The position numbers and the translations under genes were made by a program. Shown one piece after another: positions 41,003-52,594 of a DNA stretch of 64,000 nt (positions are counted from its first letter, which is position 1; each line of letters begins with the position of its first letter). The stretch covers positions 128,001 through 192,000 of the forward strand of contig CAWCTR010000021.1 in the NCBI GenBank assembly GCA_963798485.1, given 5' to 3'. The stretch is from an uncultured delta proteobacterium. GTDB taxonomy: Bacteria; Desulfobacterota; Desulfomonilia; UBA1062. A model generated the notes under the pieces. The model was given only the letters and a program-made list of their open reading frames with translations. It searched no databases and was not told the origin of the DNA.

Positions 41003-41761
41003 TCAGATTTTCTTCCTCCGCATCGGGTATTCGTGCTCTATATGGAGGTCTTCAGCAAGGATTGAATTCTGTTTTTCAATAGCAGCCTTGATCCGTTGCA
41101 GCGATCTCATCTCAATTTGCCGGACACGCTCCCTGGTCACACCGATCAGGTTCGCTATGTCCTTGAGGGTGGCCGGAGGGTCTCTGAAGAACCTCTTCTC
41201 AATAATGAATACTTCCCGATTGCTCAAGATGGGAGGATCGGACCGCAAGAGGTTAAGCAAGTAGGCATGCCGCTCCTTGAAAGAGTAAAAATCGTCCGGA
41301 TCAGGCCCTTCATAGAGGAGGTGATCTAAGAGACATTCCTCATGCTCGGACTCGCTGGCAATAGTACAGTCCAGAGAGACAAGGCCTTTGGCATGGGTGA
41401 GCCTGCCTGTATGCACCTGGTAGCTCTTGTGGATGAAATTTTTGATATAGGCCTTTATCCACCATATGGCATAGCAGATGAATCGTACCCCCATGTCAGG
41501 ATCAAAGCGGGTCAGGGCCTTAACAAGACCCATGTTTCCCTCCTGCACTATCTCGAGCGGACCATAGCCAAGGTGAAAATACGGCTGGCTGATTTTCACC
41601 ACAAACCGCAAGTTAGAGGTGACAATCTTCTTACCTGCATCTATGTCGCCATGCTCGTACTTCCGAGCAAGATCCTGTTCTTCTTCTGGGGTGAGGAGGG
41701 AAAAGTCTTTGATCTTCCGGGTATAGTTCTCAAAATCCGAAGACGGATATCTACTTCCCAT
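41003..41761 (-). CDS. sigma70-family sigma factor, RpoH-like but internally shortened
   Basis: Region 1.2 LLTPEEE, region 2 SNLRFVV/QEGNMGL/YAIWWIKAYI and region 4 GVTRERVRQIE; GGAGG RBS before ATG 41761. Confidence 0.88.
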   Translation of the reverse strand: MGSRYPSSDFENYTRKIKDFSLLTPEEEQDLARKYEHGDIDAGKKIVTSNLRFVVKISQPYFHLGYGPLEIVQEGNMGLVKALTRFDPDMGVRFICYAIWWIKAYIKNFIHKSYQVHTGRLTHAKGLVSLDCTIASESEHEECLLDHLLYEGPDPDDFYSFKERHAYLLNLLRSDPPILSNREVFIIEKRFFRDPPATLKDIANLIGVTRERVRQIEMRSLQRIKAAIEKQNSILAEDLHIEHEYPMRRKKI

Positions 41762-41931
41762 AGACCCTCCCGAAAACCGGATAGTACATACTCGATCATA
41801 TCTTACACAAAAGTCAAGCGATATGTTTTGTAAAAGATATGCAAACAAATAAATACAATAAATAAAATGAGTTAGCAATGTTCATGAAAACATACAATAA
41901 ATCGTATGTTTCACATACATTGAGAGCTCAT

Positions 41932-42564
41932 TCATTCATTATCAATTGTGGTTTCTAGTTTTTTGATTATAAATCTCTTTTTGTAGGAGCGGATATAGAC
42001 AATAAAGACAACCGTCATGCAGCCTAAGACTACAAGGACTGCCTGCCGGGAATACTTCATCACGAGTTCCATATTGTTCCCGACAAAATAGCCGATGCAT
42101 GCAAGGACAGTCATCCAGAGGATTGCACCGAGGGCAGTATAACTGCTGAATTTAAGCAGGTTCATACGGGCCAGGCCTGCCGGAAATGAAATAAAATGAC
42201 GCACGCCCGGGATGAGCCTCCCGGTAAAAGTACTTATCTCACCATGGGTAATGAAAAAGGAACTGATCTTCTCAAATCTGTGGGGCGGCAGCAAGATATA
42301 TTTGCCATATTTCAGAAGCAGGGGTCTCCCGAGGACTATTGCCAGCATATAATTGAAAAGGGCGCCAAACAGGCTGCCAACAACACCGCAGAGTATCACG
42401 ATCCCCATATTCATCTCACCTTTAGCTGCGAGAAAGCCTGCCGGGGGTATCACCACCTCGCTTGGGATCGGGAAGAAGGTGCTTTCCAGGAACATGAGCA
42501 CCAGAATGCCCGGATAACCGAGCTGCCAGATAGTTGCCACGAGCCATTGTATGATTGCTTCCAT
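41932..42564 (-). CDS. DedA family membrane protein
   Basis: [16 protein letters not shown] and [16 protein letters not shown] motifs. Confidence 0.93.
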   Translation of the reverse strand: MEAIIQWLVATIWQLGYPGILVLMFLESTFFPIPSEVVIPPAGFLAAKGEMNMGIVILCGVVGSLFGALFNYMLAIVLGRPLLLKYGKYILLPPHRFEKISSFFITHGEISTFTGRLIPGVRHFISFPAGLARMNLLKFSSYTALGAILWMTVLACIGYFVGNNMELVMKYSRQAVLVVLGCMTVVFIVYIRSYKKRFIIKKLETTIDNE

Positions 42565-42665
42565 ATTCTTATCATATAGCACCTCCAATATCATTGCAAT
42601 ATATCCATGTCGGAGATACATAGACCTCGGATTACAATCTTTTTCATATCCAATGGATTAAATTT

Positions 42666-43958
42666 ATGGAAGACGGTAATTTCGCCCTGCAGATCGAATC
42701 CATGGCTTATGGAGGCAGCGGTGTAGGCCGGAGAGATGATGGCAAGGTGGTTTTCATACCCCGGGTCATCCCTGGAGAGAAGGTTGTCGCAGCCATTATA
42801 AAAGAACATAAGAGCTATATTGAAGCCGAGGTGAAGGAGCTCCTGGAGGTATCACCTTACCGGGTCATGCCACCTTGTCCGCATTTCATTGATTGTGGCG
42901 GATGTGACTGGCAGCACATTATATATAGCGAACAGATTGCGCTCAAACAGGGAATTCTGAATGCGCAGATACGAGCAAAAATCCCACAAACAGACCTGTC
43001 CTTTGATAATCCGGTGATCTCTTCAAAAGAATATGGATACCGCTGTCATTCAATTGTGCAGTGCGAACATAAAGAAGGATCTGAAATAGGCTTCTTTCGA
43101 AAAGAATCAAATACTGTTATCCCATTCGACCAGTGCCTTATACTCAATGAACGTTGCCGGGCAGTCCTTAATCAGATCAGGGCAATGTTGAGAGACTATC
43201 TGATCGCAGGGCTCGACTCCATTGAGATCCATGCACCCATGGACGAGGTCCTTGTGCGGGCCTTTGTGAAAGGGTCGCTTTCAAAAGATGACCTGGATTT
43301 CTTTAAGAAGGTTTATCAGACCCTCAGCCTGAGTGGCTTATCAATTTTTCCTATCGATGAACTATGGCATGAACATGTCTTTGGCAAGCGCCTCTGCTGC
43401 TATGACATCACCGTGTATGACAGGAAGGTCTTGCTTGCAGGCAGTTTCGGCGGTTTCATCCAGGCAAACATTGATATGAATCAGAGACTTGTTGAATATG
43501 TTCATGACAGTACAGCAGGATCCAAGAAGCTGATCGACCTTTACAGCGGCGCTGGGAACTTTAGTATACCCTTGTCTTTCAAGGTGGATGAGGTGCTTGC
43601 AGTGGAACAGAACAAAGGCTTGGTAAAGGCAGGGGCCGATCTTGCCCGAAAAAACGGACGGAGAAACATACGGTTCATAAACGAAAAGGCTGCCCGAACA
43701 TTAAAATGGTTGGAAAAGGAAGGTGTTTCGTTTGATTCAGTAGTCCTGGATCCGCCCAGGGAAGGCGCCAGGGAAATTGTTCATATTCTCCCAAAGATGA
43801 AGATGAACAAGGTAGTGTATATATCCTGTAATCCATCCACCCTTGCCCGGGACCTTGCCATTCTCATACAAGAAGGATTCAGATTAAAGACTGTGCGGTT
43901 TTTCGATATGTTCCCCCAGACCTTTCATATCGAATCGGTTTCAGTGCTCGATCGATAA
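42666..43958 (+). CDS. rlmD: 23S rRNA (uracil-5)-methyltransferase RlmD/RumA
   Basis: TRAM domain, CPHFIDCGGC [4Fe-4S] motif, DLYSGAG, DPPREG, YISCNP and DMFPQTFHIE. Confidence 0.92.
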   Translation: MEDGNFALQIESMAYGGSGVGRRDDGKVVFIPRVIPGEKVVAAIIKEHKSYIEAEVKELLEVSPYRVMPPCPHFIDCGGCDWQHIIYSEQIALKQGILNAQIRAKIPQTDLSFDNPVISSKEYGYRCHSIVQCEHKEGSEIGFFRKESNTVIPFDQCLILNERCRAVLNQIRAMLRDYLIAGLDSIEIHAPMDEVLVRAFVKGSLSKDDLDFFKKVYQTLSLSGLSIFPIDELWHEHVFGKRLCCYDITVYDRKVLLAGSFGGFIQANIDMNQRLVEYVHDSTAGSKKLIDLYSGAGNFSIPLSFKVDEVLAVEQNKGLVKAGADLARKNGRRNIRFINEKAARTLKWLEKEGVSFDSVVLDPPREGAREIVHILPKMKMNKVVYISCNPSTLARDLAILIQEGFRLKTVRFFDMFPQTFHIESVSVLDR

Positions 43959-44040
43959 CCCCCCTTAGGTTTTTTTTCTCAGGAAGACAATGTGGTTTTT
44001 AGCTAGACAAAGGATTGAACCGGCTTGTATATGATTCTTG

Positions 44041-44889
44041 ATGATCGTCGGGATCATAAGCAAAGAGGATAACCCAGAAGCCCTTGCCCTTTCCAAGCGG
44101 GTTGTCCGCTGGATGCAAGATGCAGGATTACCCTGCCTTATCGAAAACCATATCGCCGATTACCTCAAGACTGAGCATACCGATGATGCTTGGACGCATT
44201 CAGAGATCCTCATTGCCATCGGCGGTGATGGGACCTTTCTGAGGGCCGTACGTATGGCTGCACCCCGGGAAATACCTGTTCTCGGAATACATATGGGTAA
44301 CCTGGGGTTCCTCACAGAGGTCACGGAAAACGAGGTATTCAAGGCCCTGGATGCCCTGAAAAACGGCCACTACATCAGGGATGAGCGCACCATGTTTGAG
44401 GTTACCCTCGTAAGGGGTGAGGAAATCATTACTTCACAGCATGTACTCAACGATGTTGTCATCAACAAGGGTGCCCTGGCACGCATTATAGACATCGAGG
44501 TATGGACCGACTCCACCTTTATCACCTGTTATCGGGCAGACGGGCTCATCATTTCCACCCCCACCGGATCAACCGCTTATAGCCTTGCTGCAGGCGGTCC
44601 CATCGTGCACCCGCAGGTGGGTGCAATCATACTCAATCCCATATGCCCGCATGTGCTATCCAACAGGAGCATCGTACTTCCTGATTCCCAGGAGGTTATC
44701 ATAGTGGTTAAATCCAGCAAGGCCTCGGATAATATTTATCTTACCCTTGACGGACAGAAAGGACACCCCCTTCAGGCTGGGGACAGGCTTCGCATAAAGA
44801 AGGGCTCCAGAAAGGCAGTAATGTTGAGATTCCCGCAGAGGGACTACTTCGAGATCCTCAGAAGCAAACTCAAGTGGCAGGAGAGATGA
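44041..44889 (+). CDS. nadK: NAD(+) kinase
   Basis: GGDGT, GNLGFL, LND and DGLIISTPTGSTAYSLAAGGP motifs. Confidence 0.96.
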   Translation: MIVGIISKEDNPEALALSKRVVRWMQDAGLPCLIENHIADYLKTEHTDDAWTHSEILIAIGGDGTFLRAVRMAAPREIPVLGIHMGNLGFLTEVTENEVFKALDALKNGHYIRDERTMFEVTLVRGEEIITSQHVLNDVVINKGALARIIDIEVWTDSTFITCYRADGLIISTPTGSTAYSLAAGGPIVHPQVGAIILNPICPHVLSNRSIVLPDSQEVIIVVKSSKASDNIYLTLDGQKGHPLQAGDRLRIKKGSRKAVMLRFPQRDYFEILRSKLKWQER

Positions 44890-46547
44890 TTGATTTTTTA
44901 AAGATCTCTTCCATGGCGATCTTTGATGAGATCGAGATTGATTTTACATCAGGGCTCAATTGCATCACCGGCGAGACAGGGGCGGGAAAATCTCTTATCC
45001 TTGACGCACTTACCCTACTTATGGGCGCAAGGGCGGGGCGTGAAAAGATAAGGCCGGGGAGTGAGAAGACCGTTGTCGAGGCGCTTTTTACGGTTTCGGG
45101 CCGTGAAATTGTCCTCAGGAGAGAGCTTTATCCCACAGGCAGCAGCCGGTGCTACATCGATGGAAAGCTTACGACATCTACCGGCCTTGTTGAAGTGTCT
45201 TCAGGGCTCATACACATATACGGCCAGCATGAGTATCAAGACTTGTTGAACCCCAGGCAGCACATGAAGATACTTGAAGATTATGCAGGGATCAGCAGGG
45301 AAAATGTGGAAGCGGCATATAAGGAGTACACCAAGGCGGAAGAGGCCTGCAAGGAGCTTGAGCGCCTGATTGAATCATTCATGCAGGAGAAGGAATATCT
45401 GGAGCATTGCCTTAAGGAATTGACTGCCGTGTGCATCGAGGAAGGATTGGAGGAAAGGCTCACACAGGAACTCCAAACAGCCCGAAAGGCATCAGTGCTC
45501 AAACAGACGGCATTGTCCGCCCAGGAGCTTATCTACACGGGAACCCCTTCAATCACCGACCTCACTGCCGAAGCCCGCCAGCAGATAAACCGCATCGTGG
45601 CCCATGACCCATCCATGGAAAATCTGGTGCATTCAATGGACGGGATAATGGCTCAGCTTGAGGACATGCATGTGGAGCTCAGGGGCAGGATCGATGCTTA
45701 TGAATATGACCCGCAGCGCATTGAAGACCTTGAAGAACAGCTCAATACCTTGCGTGAGATCAAGAGAAAACACCACACGGATGAGGAAGGCCTCATCAGG
45801 CTCATAGGGGAGATGCAGCAGAAGCTCGGCATGCTCGATGAATCAGGAAACAATACCGAATTTGCAAAAAGAACGGTGGATGAGACCCGCAGCAGATATC
45901 AGGAAACAACCAAGACCTTCCTGGGAAAGAGATGGCGTGCTGCAAAAAGCCTGTGCAAGAGAATCAATACAGACCTTGAAGACCTGGGCATGCCGGGCAC
46001 CGATTTCAGGGTATCACAGTTGATGCCTGATGATGTTGACAAGGCATTCCTTGATACGGCTGGCCGGGCCGCTTCACCCAATATTTTCCTGAAAGGCGAA
46101 TTCCTTATCTCCACAAATGTCGGCCAGAATATCTTGCCGCTTGCCAAGATTGCTTCGGGTGGGGAGTTGAGCCGCATCATGCTTGCAATAAAGGTCTCTC
46201 AGAAGGCCTCATCCGAAGCAACCCTGATATTCGATGAGATAGATGCAGGCATAAGCGGGCAGACCGCCATTGCCATTGCCCATAAGCTTAAACAGCTTTC
46301 CGGGCATGCCCAGGCCATCGTGGTCACACACCTCCATCAAGTTGCATCCCTCGCTGATTCACATTTTGTTATCACCAAGACAGTCAGGGATAGGACTACA
46401 TCATCAGCCCTTCAAAAGGTGAGAAGCACGGATAGGGTTATGGAACTTGCCCGCATGATGGGAGGCGACTCCCCGAGCTTAAGCGTTATCGAGCATGCAA
46501 AGGAACTGGTTAGATCGCACGAAGGGCGAGCTTTGCTGGAAAACTAG
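44886..46547 (+). CDS. recN: DNA repair protein RecN
   Basis: TGETGAGKS, coiled coil, ASGGELSR and IFDEIDAG; follows nadK. Confidence 0.94.
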   Translation: MIDFLKISSMAIFDEIEIDFTSGLNCITGETGAGKSLILDALTLLMGARAGREKIRPGSEKTVVEALFTVSGREIVLRRELYPTGSSRCYIDGKLTTSTGLVEVSSGLIHIYGQHEYQDLLNPRQHMKILEDYAGISRENVEAAYKEYTKAEEACKELERLIESFMQEKEYLEHCLKELTAVCIEEGLEERLTQELQTARKASVLKQTALSAQELIYTGTPSITDLTAEARQQINRIVAHDPSMENLVHSMDGIMAQLEDMHVELRGRIDAYEYDPQRIEDLEEQLNTLREIKRKHHTDEEGLIRLIGEMQQKLGMLDESGNNTEFAKRTVDETRSRYQETTKTFLGKRWRAAKSLCKRINTDLEDLGMPGTDFRVSQLMPDDVDKAFLDTAGRAASPNIFLKGEFLISTNVGQNILPLAKIASGGELSRIMLAIKVSQKASSEATLIFDEIDAGISGQTAIAIAHKLKQLSGHAQAIVVTHLHQVASLADSHFVITKTVRDRTTSSALQKVRSTDRVMELARMMGGDSPSLSVIEHAKELVRSHEGRALLEN

Positions 46548-46624
46548 CTAGTCAATGATTTGCATTTGACTTTTCAAGACCCTGGTGGTCTATGTAGAAA
46601 AATTTGCTGTATGGATATTGTTGC

Positions 46625-47083
46625 ATGATAAGGAAACCAGCCATAGCTGAAGCAGCTGATATAAGAAATCTCATAGACCCGTTTGTGAAGGAAGGGTTAA
46701 TCCTCCCAAGGTCTCTCCACTCGGTTTATACCTCTATCAGAGATTTTTGGGTATACACAAGTGAGGAGGACACTACACTCATCAAGGGTTGCTGCGCGCT
46801 TCACATCTCTTGGGCAGATCTTGCCGAGATCAGGACATTGGCGGTATGCAGGGAATGTCAGGGAAGGGGTGATGGCGCCGGGCTTGTAGAGGCTTGTCTC
46901 CGGGAGGCCCGGAACCTTGGATTGAAGAAGGTATTCACCCTGACCTATGTGCCGGATTTTTTCAAGAAACTCGGCTTTATCGAGGTTGACAAGGCTAAAC
47001 TGCCTAACAAGATATGGGCTGACTGCATCCACTGTCAGTATTTCCCGGACTGCAGGGAGATTGCTCTCATATATGATCTTTAA
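46625..47083 (+). CDS. GNAT N-acetyltransferase (short ArgA-like)
   Basis: LPRS, LAEIRTLAV, VFTLTY and LPNKIWADC..C motifs; argJ nearby. Confidence 0.85.
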   Translation: MIRKPAIAEAADIRNLIDPFVKEGLILPRSLHSVYTSIRDFWVYTSEEDTTLIKGCCALHISWADLAEIRTLAVCRECQGRGDGAGLVEACLREARNLGLKKVFTLTYVPDFFKKLGFIEVDKAKLPNKIWADCIHCQYFPDCREIALIYDL

Positions 47084-47086
47084 GAG

Positions 47087-48418
47087 GTGAGCATGGGATT
47101 AGATGATACCATGGAAAGGGCATGTGCCCTGCTTAAACAAAAATCAATAAAAGAGTTCGAGGTATTCGGCATCTTTTCCGACGCTATCCGGGCGGAATCA
47201 AAGCATGGAGATGTTGATTTTCTCAACCGTTCATCTGAAAGCGGTATCAGCATACGGGTGCTCATGGATGGCGCTATAGGCTTTTCATATGGGAGAGATG
47301 CAGATGATGAACTGATCGATGCAGCAATAACTTCGGCCAGATATCAGTTTAAGGACGAATACAACCAATTTCCAAGCCTTATAGGCGGATATCCAGGCAT
47401 TAATGCATTTGATCAGGATATAGCCGTACTCAGCGCTGATGATTGCATAATGAGGTCCACACAACTGGAGCTTGCTGCAAGAGATGCAGACCCCCGTGTG
47501 GAGAATATCAGAAAGGCATCATTTTCACGCTCATCCTCACATATTCAGATACTCAATTCCCACGGCATACAATCATCTTTTTCAGTAACATCCATAGCCG
47601 CCTCCCTCATGGTCACCGTAAGGCAGGAAAGCGATGTACAATCAGGCTATGATTTCGACTTCAGCCATGCATTATCAGGCTTCGATGTCGTCAAAGTAGG
47701 CAGGTCCGCCGTATCGCGGGCAGCCCGTATGCTGGGGGCACGGCAGCTCAAGACCATGAAGATACCCGTGCTCTTCGACAGGGACACCACCGCAGAGATG
47801 ATCGAGTTTATCTCCGATGCTTTTTTAGGAGAGAATGTGATTAAGGGCAAGTCCGCACTTAAGGACAGGCTCGGCAAGAAATGTTTTTCACAATGTATCA
47901 AGCTTTCCGATAATCCATTGGACGCATCTGCAGCCGATTCCTGTCCCTTTGATGGAGAGGGGGTCCCTTCACAAAAAACCATTCTGGTCAATGATGGGTC
48001 CGTGGTTGCATTTCTCTATGACACCTATTGGGCAACTCTAGCCGGTAAACAGTCTACAGGCAGCGCGGTACGCGGCGGATACCGGTCATGGCCGACGCTG
48101 GGCATACGTCACATATGCCTTGAACCAGGCTTAACGCCGATAGCCAAGCAACTTGAGGATCTGCCCCTGGCGCTACTAGTAACAGACATCATGGGTATGC
48201 ACACGGCAAATCCTATCACCGGCGAGCTATCGGTCGGTATAAACGGGGTTCTGCTGGAAAAGGGGGTTACGGCTTATCCCGTGCGTGAGGCAGCCTTATC
48301 GGGTAACATCTATGATATGTTCTCCCGTGTAGTGGCAGTGGGGGACGATCCAAGAGGTTTCGGGCATATCCTTTGCCCTTCGATCCTTATGGATACTGTA
48401 GACATAAGCTCACAGTAA
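47087..48418 (+). CDS. pmbA: TldD/PmbA family protein (PmbA-like)
   Basis: PFDGEG and MGMHTANPITGELS motifs; no HExxH. Confidence 0.88.
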   Translation: MSMGLDDTMERACALLKQKSIKEFEVFGIFSDAIRAESKHGDVDFLNRSSESGISIRVLMDGAIGFSYGRDADDELIDAAITSARYQFKDEYNQFPSLIGGYPGINAFDQDIAVLSADDCIMRSTQLELAARDADPRVENIRKASFSRSSSHIQILNSHGIQSSFSVTSIAASLMVTVRQESDVQSGYDFDFSHALSGFDVVKVGRSAVSRAARMLGARQLKTMKIPVLFDRDTTAEMIEFISDAFLGENVIKGKSALKDRLGKKCFSQCIKLSDNPLDASAADSCPFDGEGVPSQKTILVNDGSVVAFLYDTYWATLAGKQSTGSAVRGGYRSWPTLGIRHICLEPGLTPIAKQLEDLPLALLVTDIMGMHTANPITGELSVGINGVLLEKGVTAYPVREAALSGNIYDMFSRVVAVGDDPRGFGHILCPSILMDTVDISSQ

Positions 48419-48438
48419 GATTATAGGGACCAACAAAT

Positions 48439-51075
48439 ATGTTAGAATGGCTGATCAAAATATTCGGCAGTAAAAATGAGCGTGAGCTCAAAAGTCTTGC
48501 CCCGCTCGTAGATAAAATCAACTCCCTTGAAGATGGTATGCGTGCCAAGAGTGATTCTGACCTCAAGGCCATGACACCCTATCTGAAAGAGAAGCTTAAT
48601 ACAGGGGCGAGTCTCGATGATATCCTTCCAGAGGCCTTTGCTGTTGTGCGGGAGGCATCTCAAAGAACACTGGGTATGAGACCTTTTGATGTCCAGCTTC
48701 TGGGCGGCATAGTACTTCACGAAGGAAAGATCGCCGAGATGAAGACCGGTGAAGGGAAGACCCTGGTGGCCACCATGCCCGTATATCTCAATGCCCTTGC
48801 AGGCAAAGGGGTGCATGTGGTTACGGTGAATGACTACCTTGCCCACAGGGATGCTGAATGGATGGGCGCCATATACCGTTTCCTCGGGCTTGAGGTGGGT
48901 GTCATCGTACATGGCCTGGATGATAACCAGCGCAAGAAGAACTATAATGCGGATATCACCTATGGCACAAATAACGAGTTCGGGTTTGACTACCTGCGCG
49001 ATAACATGAAGTTTGCCTTTGAGGATTATGTGCAGAGGGACTTTTTCTATGCAATAGTAGATGAGGTAGACTCCATCCTCATCGATGAGGCAAGGACTCC
49101 GCTCATTATTTCAGGGCCTGCCGAGGAATCCACATCAAAATACTATGATGCGAACAATGCGATCAAGGACCTTCTCAAGCAGAAGGATGCAGAGGGTGGG
49201 CTCTACGTAAAGGATGAGAAGACCAACAGCGTCATTCTCACGGAAGAGGGTATTGAGTTCATGCAGAGACGCCTAGGTAAGGCCAACCTCTATGACCCAG
49301 GTGAATTCGAGACGGTTCATCACCTCAATCAGGCCCTCAAGGCGCATTTGCTCTTCTCCAGGGATGTGCACTATGTGGTCAGTGAAGAAGGAGAGGTGGT
49401 TATCGTAGATGAGTTCACAGGGAGGCTCATGCCAGGGAGACGCTATTCCGAAGGCCTCCATCAGGCCTTGGAGGCCAAGGAAGGGGTAAAGGTCGCCAAT
49501 GAGAACCAGACGCTCGCCTCCATCACTTTCCAGAACTACTTCCGCATGTATGAAAAACTCGCCGGCATGACGGGCACGGCAGAAACCGAGGCATTAGAGT
49601 TTAAAAACATTTACGGACTTGATGTTATGGTGATTCCTACGAACATGTCCATGATCAGGAAAGATAACTCTGATGTGATATATAAGACGGAAAAAGAAAA
49701 GTACAATGCCGTTATAAGACAGATCATGGAATGCTATGAAAAAGGCCAGCCGGTATTGGTAGGAACGAGCTCTATTGAGAATTCCGAGAAGGTGGCAACC
49801 CTCCTCAAACGCAAAGGTTTGCCCCATAATGTCCTGAATGCCAAGCACCACGACCGTGAAGCGGAAATCATCGCCCAGGCAGGCAGAAAGGGAGGCGTTA
49901 CCATAGCAACCAACATGGCTGGCAGGGGTACGGACATCAAGCTCGGGGGCAACCCCGAGTACTTAACAAAACAACGTGTCAACCCCGATGATGAGACCTA
50001 CAAAGACATCTTTAACAAATTTAATGTGCAATGTGAGAAGGAGCATAAGGAAGTAGTTGATGCCGGCGGGCTTTTCATATTGGGAACTGAGCGTCATGAA
50101 AGCAGGCGTATAGATAACCAGCTCAGGGGAAGGTCGGGTAGGCAAGGGGATCCTGGGGAATCCCGATTTTACCTCAGCCTTGAAGACAACCTCATGCGCA
50201 TATTCGGATCAGAACGCATTGGCACGATCATGGATAAGCTCGGGGTAAAAGATGACGAACCCATCGAGCATAATCTGATCAGCAAAAGCATTGAAGGCGC
50301 ACAGAAAAAGGTCGAGGGACGGAATTTTGAGATAAGGAAACATCTTCTTGAATATGACGATGTGATGAACAAACAAAGAGAGGTTATATACTCAACGCGC
50401 AGAAAGATCCTCTCAGAAGAGAATCTGAAGGGCCTTGTAGAGGAGATGATCGACGAGGTCTTGGAAGAGAGCTTTGATATCTCCATACCCAAGAAGGGGT
50501 CGGTGAAGGAGTGGGACATTGAAGGCTTCACGAATTGGGTGAAGAACACCTTTGACATAACCATAGATCTCACCGTTGACAAGGGAACCAATCGTGATCA
50601 GCTCTATGAAAAAATAAGCAGTGCCATAATGGATTATTATAACCTGCGTGAAAAGGAGTTTACCCCTGAGGTGATGCGGATGGTGGAACGGCATTTCCTT
50701 TTGTTGACCCTTGATACGCTCTGGAAGGACCATCTCTTGTCAATGGACCACCTCAAGGAAGGGATAGGTTTGCGCGGATACGGCCAGAAGAACCCCTTGC
50801 GGGAATACCAGAAAGAAGGCTTTGATATGTTTGTCTCCACACTATCGCGGGTAAGGGAGCTCTCCTTGGAGAGGGTCTTCAAGGTCCAGATCCAGCGTCA
50901 GGAGGATGTTGAAAAGGTATCCCAGAAGGAACGCCGGCAGCGTGTTCAACTAGGCAGGGGACCCGGTGAGAAACCGCCCACTGTCAAGAGGGTAAGCAAG
51001 AAAGTGGGCAGGAACGACCCATGCCCATGTGGCTCCGGCAAGAAATATAAGCAATGTTGCGGAATTGAAGCATGA
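48439..51075 (+). CDS. secA: Preprotein translocase ATPase
   Basis: [39 protein letters not shown] and C-terminal [14 protein letters not shown]. Confidence 0.98.
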   Translation: MLEWLIKIFGSKNERELKSLAPLVDKINSLEDGMRAKSDSDLKAMTPYLKEKLNTGASLDDILPEAFAVVREASQRTLGMRPFDVQLLGGIVLHEGKIAEMKTGEGKTLVATMPVYLNALAGKGVHVVTVNDYLAHRDAEWMGAIYRFLGLEVGVIVHGLDDNQRKKNYNADITYGTNNEFGFDYLRDNMKFAFEDYVQRDFFYAIVDEVDSILIDEARTPLIISGPAEESTSKYYDANNAIKDLLKQKDAEGGLYVKDEKTNSVILTEEGIEFMQRRLGKANLYDPGEFETVHHLNQALKAHLLFSRDVHYVVSEEGEVVIVDEFTGRLMPGRRYSEGLHQALEAKEGVKVANENQTLASITFQNYFRMYEKLAGMTGTAETEALEFKNIYGLDVMVIPTNMSMIRKDNSDVIYKTEKEKYNAVIRQIMECYEKGQPVLVGTSSIENSEKVATLLKRKGLPHNVLNAKHHDREAEIIAQAGRKGGVTIATNMAGRGTDIKLGGNPEYLTKQRVNPDDETYKDIFNKFNVQCEKEHKEVVDAGGLFILGTERHESRRIDNQLRGRSGRQGDPGESRFYLSLEDNLMRIFGSERIGTIMDKLGVKDDEPIEHNLISKSIEGAQKKVEGRNFEIRKHLLEYDDVMNKQREVIYSTRRKILSEENLKGLVEEMIDEVLEESFDISIPKKGSVKEWDIEGFTNWVKNTFDITIDLTVDKGTNRDQLYEKISSAIMDYYNLREKEFTPEVMRMVERHFLLLTLDTLWKDHLLSMDHLKEGIGLRGYGQKNPLREYQKEGFDMFVSTLSRVRELSLERVFKVQIQRQEDVEKVSQKERRQRVQLGRGPGEKPPTVKRVSKKVGRNDPCPCGSGKKYKQCCGIEA

Positions 51076-52220
51076 TTCCCAAGGGATTCAGCTTTTCGGC
51101 AATAAATGCCGGGATAAAAGACCCTGCTTATCAGGGACTCGACCTTGGGCTTATATCGTGTTCGACGCAGGCTGTCCTTTCAGGCGTTTTCACCACCAAC
51201 CTGGTTAAGGCAGCGCCCGTTGTGATCGGTATGGATCTGGTTAAGAAGGGAACTGCCAGGGTGGTAATCGCCAATGCCGGTAATGCAAATGCATGTACCG
51301 GGCAGCAGGGTCTTGACGATGCACATGTGATTCAGGAGGCAGCAGCGGGCCGGCTAGGGGTCATGATTGATGATGTGATTCCCATGTCCACCGGAACCAT
51401 CGGTGTTAAGATGCCTGTAGACAGGATTCTTTCGAAGATACCTCAACTCGTGAAGGGTTTGTCCAACGATAAAGACAGTTTTGCCCGTTCCATAATGACT
51501 ACTGACACCTTTCCAAAGATTGTTTCCAAGCGGGCAGGGGAGGCGTGCGTATTAGGGTTTGCAAAAGGTGCAGGGATGATAGCGCCTCATATGGCAACAA
51601 CCCTTGCGGTTGTGCTTACCGATGCCATTATTGACAAACAACAACTTGATATTATTATTGAAAATGCTATCGATCAGACATTCAATGCTATTACTATTGA
51701 TGGTGATATGTCCACCAACGATACCTTGATCGCGCTGGCATCAGGGTTTGTCGAGGCTGGCTTGGAAGAGATCAGCTGTGCAATCACCGAGGTTATAAGG
51801 GAACTTTCCTTGATGATTGTTCAAGATGGTGAAGGGGCAACAAAGTTTGTCACCATCATGGTATCAGGGGCAAACACCAACAGCGATGCGCGAACCATTG
51901 CCATGGCTGTTGCAAATTCATTGTTGGTAAAGACAGCACTGTTCGGGGCCGACCCCAATTGGGGCCGGATCGTTGCTGCCGTGGGCTACGCAGGGGTGCT
52001 TATAGACCCCGCAAACATATCTGTCCATATCCAGGGACTTAAGGTGGTTGAAGATACAATGGAATCAACTGCGTTTAATGAGGACGACCTTCATCAGGCA
52101 CTAGCCGGAAAAGAGATAACCATTCATATCGGCGTAGGAAATGGCCCCGGTAGATTCACGGCATGGACAACGGACCTAACGTATCGCTATGTAGAAATCA
52201 ACGCCCAGTACCGGACCTGA
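51072..52220 (+). CDS. argJ: Bifunctional glutamate N-acetyltransferase/ornithine acetyltransferase
   Basis: [45 protein letters not shown] and DPNWGR motifs. Confidence 0.96.
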   Translation: MIPKGFSFSAINAGIKDPAYQGLDLGLISCSTQAVLSGVFTTNLVKAAPVVIGMDLVKKGTARVVIANAGNANACTGQQGLDDAHVIQEAAAGRLGVMIDDVIPMSTGTIGVKMPVDRILSKIPQLVKGLSNDKDSFARSIMTTDTFPKIVSKRAGEACVLGFAKGAGMIAPHMATTLAVVLTDAIIDKQQLDIIIENAIDQTFNAITIDGDMSTNDTLIALASGFVEAGLEEISCAITEVIRELSLMIVQDGEGATKFVTIMVSGANTNSDARTIAMAVANSLLVKTALFGADPNWGRIVAAVGYAGVLIDPANISVHIQGLKVVEDTMESTAFNEDDLHQALAGKEITIHIGVGNGPGRFTAWTTDLTYRYVEINAQYRT

Positions 52221-52272
52221 TTTTTCATAAGAGACCTAAGGAGAATCGGGCAGAACACCGCAGTTCAAAAAA

Positions 52273-52300
52273 ATGACCGATAATATATGTTATGTTAAAT
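52273..52300 (+). other. dif site (XerC/XerD chromosome dimer resolution site)
   Basis: ATGACCGATAA-TATATG-TTATGTTAAAT in 11-6-11 layout; the XerD arm is identical to the E. coli dif arm. Intergenic, and KOPS-like octamers converge on it. Confidence 0.88.
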
Positions 52301-52594
52301 AAGATGGTTTATTGGCAACAAACCGGTTTGAAGACAAAAAGCGGATGGTCTGGCGGGTTTGAGGACATATAAACACCTTACCCTGTATAATAAAATGCAA
52401 TGTCGTTCAAATTATGAAGGCACCTTGTAAAGGCGCATCAATCCCTCGTTTACCAGGATACTTGCTCTCATTATCATCTTGTTGATATTTTCTGATCTCG
52501 AATCCCAATAAACCCATACCGTCACTACGGTCTTTGTGATAAATTGATTAGTAAAGAGCTAAGTGTAAATAAATACTATTGAGTTATTTATCAT

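Noticed and set aside
52276-52283. Sixth sigma28 -10 box (ACCGATAA)
   Set aside because: It is part of the dif XerC arm and has no -35 box at 16-nt spacing.
52301-52594. c-di-GMP-I (GEMM) riboswitch (GGCAACAAACCGG...)
   Set aside because: Lacks the GAAA tetraloop/receptor and GCAAAGC core in the right arrangement.
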